Under the pieces are notes generated by a model. It had not been told where the DNA came from, ran no database searches, and saw only the letters and a list, made by a program, of their open reading frames with translations. A stretch of DNA of 40,314 nucleotides from Gemmatimonadales bacterium. GTDB taxonomy: Bacteria > Gemmatimonadota > Gemmatimonadetes > Gemmatimonadales > GWC2-71-9. The translations under genes were made by a program, and so were the position numbers. The DNA lies in assembly GCA_041599395.1 (NCBI GenBank), contig JBFHWR010000001.1, positions 1 to 40,314 on the forward strand. The letters run 5' to 3'. Shown here in pieces: positions 1-8,400 of the stretch (positions are counted from its first letter, which is position 1; each line of letters opens with the position of its first letter).

Positions 1-809
1 GCATTGGATTGTATATAGAACTTGTTGTTCGAATCGAAGACGTATTTCCAATAGTCATAATTGAGCTTGACCTCGAAGCGGACGAGGTTCGTTCCGGGGT
101 CGCTCGGGTCGGGGGTACCCCTCCACACCAACGGCTCGACAGGCAGGCCGCGCACGTGACAGCACGGCGCATTGGGATTGTTTGCGCAATACCCTGGACT
201 CTGGCCGCACAACTGATCGGGCGATTCCAGTGCCTCGGACGGCACCTCAGCCACTTCGTCGAGGCTGTTGACCTTGGTCGCCCCAGCGATCAGGCGTGTA
301 TCGGCAGGCACGGCACTGCCATCGCACATCCGAACCCCGTGCACCGCGTTGTAATAGTTGACGTTTGAATTCCAGTTGTTGAAGTCGATGGAGTCCTGCC
401 GGGTGAACCCGTACACCGGCGTGACCATCGCCCCTGGCGGGTAAACGAAGATCTCGCGCTTCTCCTTCCAGGTCTCCCACACCAGCTCGGCGCTGGGCCT
501 GGCACCGGCGAAGCTCCGCGACGCATCCGGGAAGCCCCGCTGTTTGTTGTGGGTATCGGGATCGAGGGCAGGCCAGTTGGCGGCGATGAAACTGTTCCAC
601 GCAAAGATGTCGTAGTTAGGCGGGCTGCTGAATTTCGGATCCGGTAACTCGGGACAATCGAGGTCCAACACGTCGCCCGTCGCTTTTTCGCAACTGGCCG
701 GTTCGGCGAGGAACTCATCCACCGCTTGTGGGCGCTCACATCCGAGAACGAGCAAAGAGAACGGAAGCACAACGAATACGCCCGCGTGAGCGCGACGGCG
801 CTGTTTCAT
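1..809 (-). CDS. Putative lipoprotein, function unknown; C-terminus cut by window edge (absent from supplied ORF track)
   Basis: Hand translation of the third reverse frame is open from ATG 809-807 down to base 1 (269 codons, no stop). GAGGAGG at 822-816 lies 6 nt upstream of the ATG. N-terminus MKQRRRAHAGVFVVLPFSLLVLGCE contains a lipobox (LVLG|C). No family recognised. Confidence 0.65.
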   Translation of the reverse strand, partial: MKQRRRAHAGVFVVLPFSLLVLGCERPQAVDEFLAEPASCEKATGDVLDLDCPELPDPKFSSPPNYDIFAWNSFIAANWPALDPDTHNKQRGFPDASRSFAGARPSAELVWETWKEKREIFVYPPGAMVTPVYGFTRQDSIDFNNWNSNVNYYNAVHGVRMCDGSAVPADTRLIAGATKVNSLDEVAEVPSEALESPDQLCGQSPGYCANNPNAPCCHVRGLPVEPLVWRGTPDPSDPGTNLVRFEVKLNYDYWKYVFDSNNKFYIQSN

Positions 810-1065
810 GGTTCGCCTCCTCAGGCCAGTCACGTGCTGCCGGCAGGGTAACGTTTCCCAACCGGCTCAATATGAACGGCACTATTTATTCGAACGTATC
901 AGTCACGCGAAGGCGCAACAAGCGTAGCAGACAGCGGCGACGGGCAGGATGACGCGCTTTGCGATCTTGTGTCGTGATATGAGTATTCCGACGGGTCGGA
1001 ACGCGGTCGCGGATTGTCGTCCGGGGTCGGACGGAGGCACCGACGCCCAGGTAAACACTCTCACT

Positions 1066-2385
1066 TCATCGAATCAATAGAATCCGATCAATCACCGGAT
1101 ACAGCCATTCAACCCCGCGTTCCGTCACCACCGCGTCGTCCTCTATCGGGATTCGCACTTTCGCGCCGTTCCACTCGGCTGCTCGTGTATACGCAAAGAA
1201 CTCGATCGAGAGCAGGTTGGACGGCTTGACCTCGAACGTGAGGCGGAGCGGGTTGAAAAACGCGATCGACGGGCCGATCCCGTGGCCCAGATTCCCGACC
1301 GAATGCGATCCGACGATCACGTCGGTGTCGTCAGTATCAGAGGGCCGGTTGAATTCAGCCATCACAGAGTAGCCCGGCTCTGCCGCGATACGGGCATTGA
1401 TCTGGTCGTAGTTGGCCTGCGCGGTGCGGCCGGGTTTGATCGTCGCCTTGATGATGTCGCGCACCCTGAGCGCCCGGTCGAAGGCATTCTGGATACCCCT
1501 GGGCACTTCGGTCTCGCCATCACGCAATACGTATGCGATGCGCTTCATGTCAGTATAGAAGTTGAGATACCCGACACCCCAATCGATCATCAACAGGTCA
1601 CCCCGTTGAATTATCCGCTCGTTGGACGTTGCCTCGATGCCGTTGGGTCCCGTGATATAGACTGACGGCATGTCGAACGAAGAGCCCAGCCCATTGGCCA
1701 GCAACTGATCCCACATCCACCAGGCGACGTCTTCGAGCGCAGTCACACCCGGCGTGATTACCTCATTGGAGAACGCGCGCTCGGCGATACGGCGTGACCA
1801 TTCTCCGGCTTCCCCAAACGCCACGATCTCCGATGCCACTCGGCGTGACCGGAAGTCGGACACGAGTTTCTCCGCGGACACGAGGCGTTCCGCATAGGGC
1901 TCGCCCAGGGTTTCGGCCAGATGGAGGTAGCCGGTGTGGGAGAGGCCATCGGCTGCGCCAATGTTGCGTGACATGTTGACGCCGATCCGCCGGGGATCGC
2001 GTTCCGCTACGAATTCGAGGAGATCGAAGGCGCCGCCCACGCGGTCGTACACGCCGCAGGCCTCGAGCATCCTGCCGCCCACGCCGGCGGCGACGCGCTC
2101 GATTCGATCGGCTCCACGATCGGTGAAGATGTAGTAGCCGATGCTGCCAGTGTATCCGCGCCCGAGGTCCTCATACAGCGGATCGTTGTGCCCTTCCTTC
2201 TGCATCACGATCCACATGTCGATGCCGTTCTCCCGCATGGCCTCCGGGAGAATGAGATCGAACTTTTCTTTGCGGATTTGACACATCCGATCCCACCTTC
2301 GGCGCGACTCCTGGGCTCTGCCCACGTCGGCGGACACGCTAATCAGGACCAACGACGCAACCGCTACAAACAGATGTCGGAACAC
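1066..2385 (-). CDS. M24-family metallopeptidase (Xaa-Pro aminopeptidase / creatinase-like), probably exported
   Basis: Track ORF 1066..2478. Pita-bread metal ligands are readable (MIDWG...TDMKR Asp pair, GHSVGNLGHGIG His, SIEFF and PIEDD Glu). Signal-like segment FRHLFVAVASLVLISVSADVGRAQE. Start placed at GTG 2385 (AGGGG about 10 nt upstream); any in-frame start up to 2478 is possible. Confidence 0.8.
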   Translation of the reverse strand: MFRHLFVAVASLVLISVSADVGRAQESRRRWDRMCQIRKEKFDLILPEAMRENGIDMWIVMQKEGHNDPLYEDLGRGYTGSIGYYIFTDRGADRIERVAAGVGGRMLEACGVYDRVGGAFDLLEFVAERDPRRIGVNMSRNIGAADGLSHTGYLHLAETLGEPYAERLVSAEKLVSDFRSRRVASEIVAFGEAGEWSRRIAERAFSNEVITPGVTALEDVAWWMWDQLLANGLGSSFDMPSVYITGPNGIEATSNERIIQRGDLLMIDWGVGYLNFYTDMKRIAYVLRDGETEVPRGIQNAFDRALRVRDIIKATIKPGRTAQANYDQINARIAAEPGYSVMAEFNRPSDTDDTDVIVGSHSVGNLGHGIGPSIAFFNPLRLTFEVKPSNLLSIEFFAYTRAAEWNGAKVRIPIEDDAVVTERGVEWLYPVIDRILLIR

Positions 2386-2485
2386 GGTGATAACCCCTGT
2401 GTTGACGGAACCTGAGGAAGCAAACCGTGCAATGAGCATTACGTACGTTGCACACTGCTCCACCCGGACCCCGAACATTGTTGAT

Positions 2486-2519
2486 ACTCACCACTCACCA
2501 CCTACCACTACCACCTAAT
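2486..2519 (-). repeat. Heptamer-periodic degenerate tandem repeat (ACTCACC ACTCACC ACCTACC ACTACC ACCTAAT on + strand)
   Basis: Read directly. Lies in the divergent region between the M24 gene and the 2599 gene. It is the reverse complement of the GGTAGGT/GGTGAGT unit family seen at 11021-11132. Confidence 0.75.
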
Positions 2520-2598
2520 CATTCAGCTTGCAGCCTCGGGTTTTTGAGGTCAAGTTTGCTCCCTCGTGCAAAACCTCTTCCCCCTCCAGGAGGTCTCC

Positions 2599-3348
2599 AT
2601 GAAGCGCATTGGCATGGCGGTAACCGCAGCGATGATCGCCTTCGGATCCTCGGTACTCGCCCAAGACCAGCCGAATCCGGTGATATTCGGCCAGTACTAT
2701 CGCTGCAACCAGGGTCAGGAAACGCGGGTCGATGACATCGTGCGCGGCGTGGTGGGACCCGTGGTCCAGAAGCATGTGGACATGGGCCATTTGACCGGCT
2801 GGGTCTGGTTTGCCCACTCGCAGGGTGGCGCGTGGCGCCGGCTATTTGCGATCGTAGGGACAGACCTCGCCCAGATGATGGATGTCAGGGAGCAGATGGT
2901 CGCAGAGTTGACCGAGCAGCATGCCGACGCGCTAGGAGAACTTGGCTCGATTTGCGGGAGCCACGACGACTATATCTGGGTCGGTATTTCCACCTCTACG
3001 CCGGATCCTGCCGCCGTTGGCGGCGCGACCTTTTCGACCTACTATGCCTGCGATAACGCCCGCGAAGGTCGCACCAATCAGATCTTCGAGGACGTCCTCG
3101 CACCTCTGTTCAAGAAACACGCTGACATGGGCCACCTTGCGTCGTGGGGCTTCTACGCGCACCGCTCGGGAGGCATCTTCCGCCGTCTCATGACGTTCAG
3201 CGGGGCGAATCACAAGACGCTGCTCAACATGCAAAACGCAATTTTCCAGGAGGCGAACCAGACGAACGCACTCGCGATGAACGAGTTCCGGGAGATCTGC
3301 AATTGGCACACGGACTATATGTGGAACAACGCGACGACGGGGCAGTGA
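2599..3348 (+). CDS. Secreted protein of unknown function built from two tandem homologous ~100-aa domains
   Basis: Track ORF 2566..3348. ATG 2599 is preceded by GGAGG. Signal peptide MKRIGMAVTAAMIAFGSSVLA|QDQ. The two halves align by eye (YYxC...KHxDMGHLxxW...H..GG..RRL...ICxxHxDYxW). Confidence 0.8.
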   Translation: MKRIGMAVTAAMIAFGSSVLAQDQPNPVIFGQYYRCNQGQETRVDDIVRGVVGPVVQKHVDMGHLTGWVWFAHSQGGAWRRLFAIVGTDLAQMMDVREQMVAELTEQHADALGELGSICGSHDDYIWVGISTSTPDPAAVGGATFSTYYACDNAREGRTNQIFEDVLAPLFKKHADMGHLASWGFYAHRSGGIFRRLMTFSGANHKTLLNMQNAIFQEANQTNALAMNEFREICNWHTDYMWNNATTGQ

Positions 3349-3531
3349 GCCGCAGATAGACGCAGGCCAGGCGGATGCACCCAGATCGGCGCATCGGTCG
3401 TTCGAGCGGCCGGTGCGCCGTGTGCTCTCAAGGTGTCCTAGCAGATGCATTTTCTGAAATGTGCGACGAAACAGGCCAGCCACGGCCACAGCGCTGTCGC
3501 GCTGTGCAAGCCAGCGCGGGCGGTCCAGGAG

Positions 3532-3563
3532 CAGTGACCTTCAGTGACCTCCCAGGGTATTAT
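3532..3563 (+). promoter_or_regulatory. Candidate promoter/operator: perfect direct repeat CAGTGACCT-t-CAGTGACCT overlapping a -35-like GTGACC, 18 nt upstream of TATTAT
   Basis: The 9-mer occurs at 3532-3540 and 3542-3550 (10-bp period). TATTAT at 3558-3563 lies about 33 nt upstream of ATG 3596. Confidence 0.35.
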
Positions 3564-3595
3564 TGCCAGGTTGAACGGAGCTACCAAACGTTCCT

Positions 3596-4027
3596 ATGCG
3601 TGCACGATGGTTCCCACTGCTTCTACTCGCGGCCGGCTGTAACAGCGCGGTCAGTCCGGCGGGAACTGCCCAGTTCGAAGTGGTGGCCAGCCTGGGTGAG
3701 CCTTTCGAGCTCAAGGTGGGCGAATTGGCACTGGTAGAGGACGCAAACATCAACGTGCGGTTTTTCGAGGTGGCCTCAGATTCCCGTTGCCCCAGCCTTG
3801 CGTTGATCTTGTGTGTGTGGGAAGGTGACGGCGCGATCCTCGTCGAGAGTGCCGGGTCGAACTTTGCGGGCCGCATCGACACGCTACACACCACGCTGGA
3901 CCCCAAGATCATCGAGCTGGGCAGTGTCCTCCTGGAATTGCTGCGTCTGGATCCCTATCCGGAGACCACGGACCCTATCCCGACTGAGCAGTACACTGCG
4001 CGGCTTGTCGTGCGGAACCGGGCATAG
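3596..4027 (+). CDS. Small lipoprotein, function unknown
   Basis: 143-aa track ORF. N-terminus MRARWFPLLLLAAGCNS has a lipobox (LAAG|C). No family recognised. Confidence 0.7.
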   Translation: MRARWFPLLLLAAGCNSAVSPAGTAQFEVVASLGEPFELKVGELALVEDANINVRFFEVASDSRCPSLALILCVWEGDGAILVESAGSNFAGRIDTLHTTLDPKIIELGSVLLELLRLDPYPETTDPIPTEQYTARLVVRNRA

Positions 4028-4081
4028 CTCCCAAGATTTTGATCAAGTATCGATTTGGGATTTGGCCAGGAGCGTGGCGCC

Positions 4082-5410
4082 CTAACCGGCAACGGTAACC
4101 GCGGCTCCTCCCTTGCCCCAACGCATACGCTTGCGTGGCTCCCGTGAGCGCCGTTCCCTGAGCAGCTTATGCAGCATCGTGCTCCGCTGAAACGCCGCCA
4201 CGACCTGTGGGTCGAAGTGAGTGCACGAGCATCGCGTGACTTCGGCTACCACCCGGCCGTAGGGGATGGGAGCACGGTACGGGCGTTCCGTGGCCATCGC
4301 ATCGATGGTGTCGGCGACCGTAATCACCCGGGCGCCCAGCGGGATCTGATCGCACTGCAGGCCGTCTGGATACCCCTTGCCGTCAAACCGTTCGTGGTGG
4401 CTCCTGATGCACGACTCGATGTAGCCCCGCAGGCTCGTGACGGTTGCGGCCAACTCCGCCCCCTTCGCGGGATGGCTCTCCATCAGCTCCTGCTCTTCGG
4501 GCGTCAGCTTCCCTGACTTTTGGAGCAGGGGGGCGAACTCCTCGTAGATCTTCCCGACGTCGTGCAGCATCGCGGCATGCTCGATACGCTCGACCTCGCT
4601 GGGCGACAACCCCATTTCTTGCGCAAGGATCTTGGCGTACTTCGAGACACGGAGCGAATGGCCCGAAGTGTACCGGTCACGTGCCTCGATGGCTTTGACC
4701 ATTAGCTCCAGCGTGTCGCGACCGGCCTGTTCCAGTTGGAGATTCACCGAATTGACGTGTCGTACGAAGAACAGTGGGATCGCGATGATGGCAAAGCCAA
4801 GCAGACCGAGTTGGATATAGAGGAACGCGAGCAACAAGCCCATTGAGCTGGCAAACATGTCGTAGATCAGCCAACGCCCGACGAGCCGGCTCCACCCCTC
4901 GCGAAAGCCCACCTTGCCGGAGAGCGCCACCGCCGTGGTCACCGCGCCGTTACCAACCACGAAGTAGACTGCGACCGCGAGGATAAAGGCCGGCACGTGT
5001 ACCGTAAACACCTGAACCGACGGTACGCCGCCAAGCGCGACGTAAATCAGACCCGCCAGGCCGACACCAACGATTTCCTTTGAGGTGTTGTGCGTGATCT
5101 TGATGAGCGGCCGCCGCCGCATCGCTCCCTCGGCCACGACCTCGGTGAGCCCGGCGACCGCCATTGCCCACGCGGGTCCCAGCAGGACAACCGCGGCGAG
5201 GAACGGAACGAACGATACCGCATTGATGGTGGCGCTGGTGTCGTCGCGGAGCGTGAACGCCTCGGTCAGGAGTCCAAGCGTCACCAGTGCCGCAAATGCG
5301 ACCCCGTGGGACGTCGAGAGACTGTTCCAACTGGTCGTCACCAGGAGGGCCACGGCCAAGAGGCCGAGCGCCGAGACGTAGAGCGACAAGATGGTGTCGC
5401 GAGTGTGCAT
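4082..5410 (-). CDS. Membrane-anchored HD-GYP domain protein (predicted c-di-GMP phosphodiesterase)
   Basis: 442 aa. The N-terminal ~220 aa are multi-pass hydrophobic. The C-terminus carries HSLRV...MLHDVGK...HHERFDGKGYPDGL (HD and GYP motifs). Confidence 0.9.
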   Translation of the reverse strand: MHTRDTILSLYVSALGLLAVALLVTTSWNSLSTSHGVAFAALVTLGLLTEAFTLRDDTSATINAVSFVPFLAAVVLLGPAWAMAVAGLTEVVAEGAMRRRPLIKITHNTSKEIVGVGLAGLIYVALGGVPSVQVFTVHVPAFILAVAVYFVVGNGAVTTAVALSGKVGFREGWSRLVGRWLIYDMFASSMGLLLAFLYIQLGLLGFAIIAIPLFFVRHVNSVNLQLEQAGRDTLELMVKAIEARDRYTSGHSLRVSKYAKILAQEMGLSPSEVERIEHAAMLHDVGKIYEEFAPLLQKSGKLTPEEQELMESHPAKGAELAATVTSLRGYIESCIRSHHERFDGKGYPDGLQCDQIPLGARVITVADTIDAMATERPYRAPIPYGRVVAEVTRCSCTHFDPQVVAAFQRSTMLHKLLRERRSREPRKRMRWGKGGAAVTVAG

Positions 5411-5472
5411 CGAGTCCTAGAGGCTAAATGGAATGGCAGGCGCCGGGACGCGCCCCACCACGTCGTATCCCC

Positions 5473-6189
5473 TCACTCCTTCTGGTACCGCGACTGCAGC
5501 CAGCGGTTGGTCGCATCCAACACAGCCAGCACGGCGGCCGGCTCCTGCGAATCTCTCACACCGCCCGTGCCCACCAACAACTCGCTGGTCCGCCCCACCG
5601 AAACGTGCAAGCCCGCTACGACCAAGTTCTTCCCAAACGCTTCGAGGATTCTCACCCCTTCCAGCTCGAACGTGATCGCGGGCATCACCTTCTCCAGCCC
5701 AGCGACTGCGGCACGTGCGGCCGCCATCAATCGTGCCTGTTCGGAATCGGCGGCCAGTGCCTCTCCCCATACCTCTTCGCCGTCCAGCTCCAGGTTGGCG
5801 ATGAAACGCACTTTGGCGGGACCCGCCGAGACGACTTCCAACTTCTTGTAGAGAATGAGGCGGTTGTGTGGCGACTCCTGCACGGCCCGCTCTTCGACCG
5901 CGCGGAGCGGCTCGACCTCGGCTGTTTTTGCGACGCTGATCTTTCGGTGATCGACCTTCAAGCCCAGATGGGCAAGCAGAGCGCTCTCGACGTTGCGAAC
6001 CACCTGCTTCGGGACGGCGTCGCTATCGGCGAGTATATGAATCTCGATGATTTCACCCACCGGGGAGACGACCATGCGCGCAGAATGAACGCCCTGCAGG
6101 CTCTGCAGGAGGTTTTCCGCACGCTTGACTCCCCATGGGTCGGGCTTTGCGCCCTCGTCGGCGGCTCGTGCCGCGTCTGCCGCGCTCAA
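5473..6189 (-). CDS. Hypothetical protein (238 aa) translationally coupled to the upstream GGDEF gene
   Basis: Track ORF. The start codon is TTG, overlapping the GGDEF gene stop (TTGA at 6189-6186). No ATG/GTG alternative occurs in the first ~38 codons. No motif recognised (no PilZ RxxxR/DxSxxG). Confidence 0.6.
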   Translation of the reverse strand: MSAADAARAADEGAKPDPWGVKRAENLLQSLQGVHSARMVVSPVGEIIEIHILADSDAVPKQVVRNVESALLAHLGLKVDHRKISVAKTAEVEPLRAVEERAVQESPHNRLILYKKLEVVSAGPAKVRFIANLELDGEEVWGEALAADSEQARLMAAARAAVAGLEKVMPAITFELEGVRILEAFGKNLVVAGLHVSVGRTSELLVGTGGVRDSQEPAAVLAVLDATNRWLQSRYQKE

Positions 6190-7913
6190 ATTTGCTCGCT
6201 TTCTTGGTTCTCTAGGTCTTCCCCGAACACAACCACAATGTTACCACCGCGTCCCTTCGCCTGATACATCGCCTTGTCTGCCGCTTCCATGACGTCTTCG
6301 TCCTCGGACGATCCGGGATCATGACAGGCGACGCCCACCGACACGGCGATCTCCCCCCGCGCGAACCCCAACGACTCTCCCAGCGACTCGACAGATTCCC
6401 GTACAACCTCCCCGACACGCCGGGCTCCGTCTGTGTCCGTCATCACCAACACCACGACGAATTCGTCACCGCCGTATCGGGCCGCCAAGTCGGTCTGCCG
6501 CACCGACCGAAGGAGAACCTTGCCGACGCCGGCGAGCACCTTGCTCCCCATTTCGTGACCGTGGAAATCGTTGACGAGCTTGAAGTCGTCCATGTCGACG
6601 AACAGCACGGCAAACTGTTCGCCGTTACGGCCGCTCCGGGCTTTCTCCTGCTCCAGGCGGTCTCGCAGGACCTTGATGGTCGCGAGCCCCGTCAGCTCGT
6701 CTCGTGTCGACTGCTCGATCGCAACGCTGGCGCGCCGTTCATGGTAGGGCGGACACTGGCGAAACGCCGCACGCCCCTTGAGCATTGCCGTCGCAAAGTC
6801 GACGCAGGTGGGGTATCCGCAGGCTCCACAGTCCCAGTCCATACCCGTTGGCGCGCGGCCGATCTGCTCGATCACACCCTCGATTTCCTTTGCCGTGGGA
6901 GTGTGCGGCACCAGGACGAAGTCGAACGCGGTGGCCACATCGACCGGGACGGCGGCATCCAGAACGGGCTCGGACGATCGGGGAGGTTCCGATTGGGCGA
7001 CGAGCTGGCGGCGCCAGAAAAGCTCTTCCTTCGGGCCGAGTAGTGGGTGATCAAGCGTACCCTCGAACGGCAGCAGGTCGACAAACCCCAGATCGATCCG
7101 CCGGTCGGTCACCGCGTGCGCAATGGCGCCGAGCGAATCGAGCCCACGAACCCGGCGCACTGAACGCTGCGCCGTATGCGCTCCTCGCGCATTCAAGACC
7201 GCGAGCGGAAAGCCACCCGGCGCGCTCAGGTGACGCTGCCGGATGACGGGTAGGCGCCTCAGATAGTTGGGTTGATCCGCCGCCGTGACACCGCGGCGGT
7301 GAAATAACGTCTCCAGCTCGGAAAAAGTCAGAGAGGCGTCGGCGATGTTATTGCTCTCTTCGAGGGCGACGCCGGCATAGACGAGCTTGACATGCTCCCC
7401 ATAGACGGATTTCAGGTAGTCCGCTTCAGCTCTCAGGGGTGTCTTCACCGGCGCGAGGTATGGTACCAGCTCGGGGTGGTCGTGACGGATCCGCTGAACC
7501 ACCAGTGGGCTGGTGGAACGAATCAACGTCCCCCAATCGGGGTCGTCCCACAGCCGGAGGTACTCCTCCGCAACCAATTCGTCCCCAACGACACCCCGCT
7601 CCACCGACCTGAACCCGGCTTCATAGCACGCGTTCACGACCTGTTCGGGCGCGAGCGGATAGAAGTGAACGGCGGACTCGACGGACAGGATCATCACGGC
7701 GTTCCCAGAAGACGCGAGCGCTATCGCGTCCTCGAGGTCGCCTCGCACACCCACGGCATCATGGGGGCACTCGGCCATGCAGGCGCCGGACAGAATACAC
7801 GAGTCGTCATCGATCCGGACCACGTCGCCGTCGACCTCGATCGCCTGCGAATCGCAGACCCGGACGCAGGCCATGCAGCCCACACACTTGTCCGTCAGGA
7901 TCTCGAACTTCAC
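6186..7913 (-). CDS. Diguanylate cyclase (GGDEF) with N-terminal ferredoxin-type Fe-S motifs, degenerate [FeFe]-hydrogenase-like domain and a CxxCxxxxC...C Fe-S domain
   Basis: 575 aa, GTG start 7913 with GAGGAG upstream. N-terminus has CVGCMACVRVC and CILSGACMAECP. Mid-region is hydrogenase large-subunit-like (GFRSVERGVVGDELVAEEYLRL). Then WDCGACGYPTCVDFATAMLKGRAAFRQC. C-terminus is a GGDEF domain (RYGGDEFVV) with I-site RQTD five residues upstream. Confidence 0.9.
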   Translation of the reverse strand: MKFEILTDKCVGCMACVRVCDSQAIEVDGDVVRIDDDSCILSGACMAECPHDAVGVRGDLEDAIALASSGNAVMILSVESAVHFYPLAPEQVVNACYEAGFRSVERGVVGDELVAEEYLRLWDDPDWGTLIRSTSPLVVQRIRHDHPELVPYLAPVKTPLRAEADYLKSVYGEHVKLVYAGVALEESNNIADASLTFSELETLFHRRGVTAADQPNYLRRLPVIRQRHLSAPGGFPLAVLNARGAHTAQRSVRRVRGLDSLGAIAHAVTDRRIDLGFVDLLPFEGTLDHPLLGPKEELFWRRQLVAQSEPPRSSEPVLDAAVPVDVATAFDFVLVPHTPTAKEIEGVIEQIGRAPTGMDWDCGACGYPTCVDFATAMLKGRAAFRQCPPYHERRASVAIEQSTRDELTGLATIKVLRDRLEQEKARSGRNGEQFAVLFVDMDDFKLVNDFHGHEMGSKVLAGVGKVLLRSVRQTDLAARYGGDEFVVVLVMTDTDGARRVGEVVRESVESLGESLGFARGEIAVSVGVACHDPGSSEDEDVMEAADKAMYQAKGRGGNIVVVFGEDLENQESEQI

Positions 7914-8169
7914 GGATCTCCTCTACCCGAACAATGGGCAGCAGACAGGGACGGACTCGGGAGCGGAAACACGGCCAAAGCACCTCGATGTGTGACCGAA
8001 ATCTACCATACGTCGTGCCCTCGAGAGCGAATCTGGAGGTTGGGGGGAGCACACTATGGGACGGAACGGTCTTTCTGTCAATCCCCAGTTCTGATTCAAC
8101 ATCTTGTAGTATAGTTACTTAGCGGGTTCACCGGAGAAATTACTGTAGCTCAGGCACAACATAATCACA

Positions 8170-8277
8170 CACTGTTGCGACAGTGATCGAACACAGGTCG
8201 ATCGGCAGCGTGACCTGTGGGAGGTCTTATTCGGGTGGGGGGTGACGAAAGTATACCAGGTATACAATCGTCTCCCC
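8170..8277. other. Three consecutive stem-loops / palindromes in a 650-bp non-coding divergent region
   Basis: CACTGT-tgcg-ACAGTG (8170-8185). CACAGGTC-12 nt-GACCTGTG (8192-8219). GGGG.GACG-aaa-GTATAC-cag-GTATAC-aat-CGTC.CCCC (8239-8277). All read directly. Confidence 0.4.
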
Positions 8278-8400
8278 TTGCGTCGCGAAACACCCCCACA
8301 AGCCCACGACCCCCGCCTCCCGGCCACGCGGCCCGCGATGCCGGTTGCCCGCCCTCCAGGCACAATCTCCTCCGCCCGCCGCCAACCTGAGCCCGGATGA

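Noticed and set aside
500-514. TGGCACCGGCGAAGC on the plus strand, with -24/-12-like GG/GC spacing
   Set aside because: It lies inside the lipoprotein CDS on the antisense strand, with no downstream plus-strand gene. The -12 half is AAGC rather than TTGC.
7914-8110. c-di-GMP riboswitch in the leader of the cyclase operon
   Set aside because: There are only vague resemblances (ACGGCCAAAGCACC). I could not build the GEMM-type paired helices or conserved tetraloop/receptor by eye.
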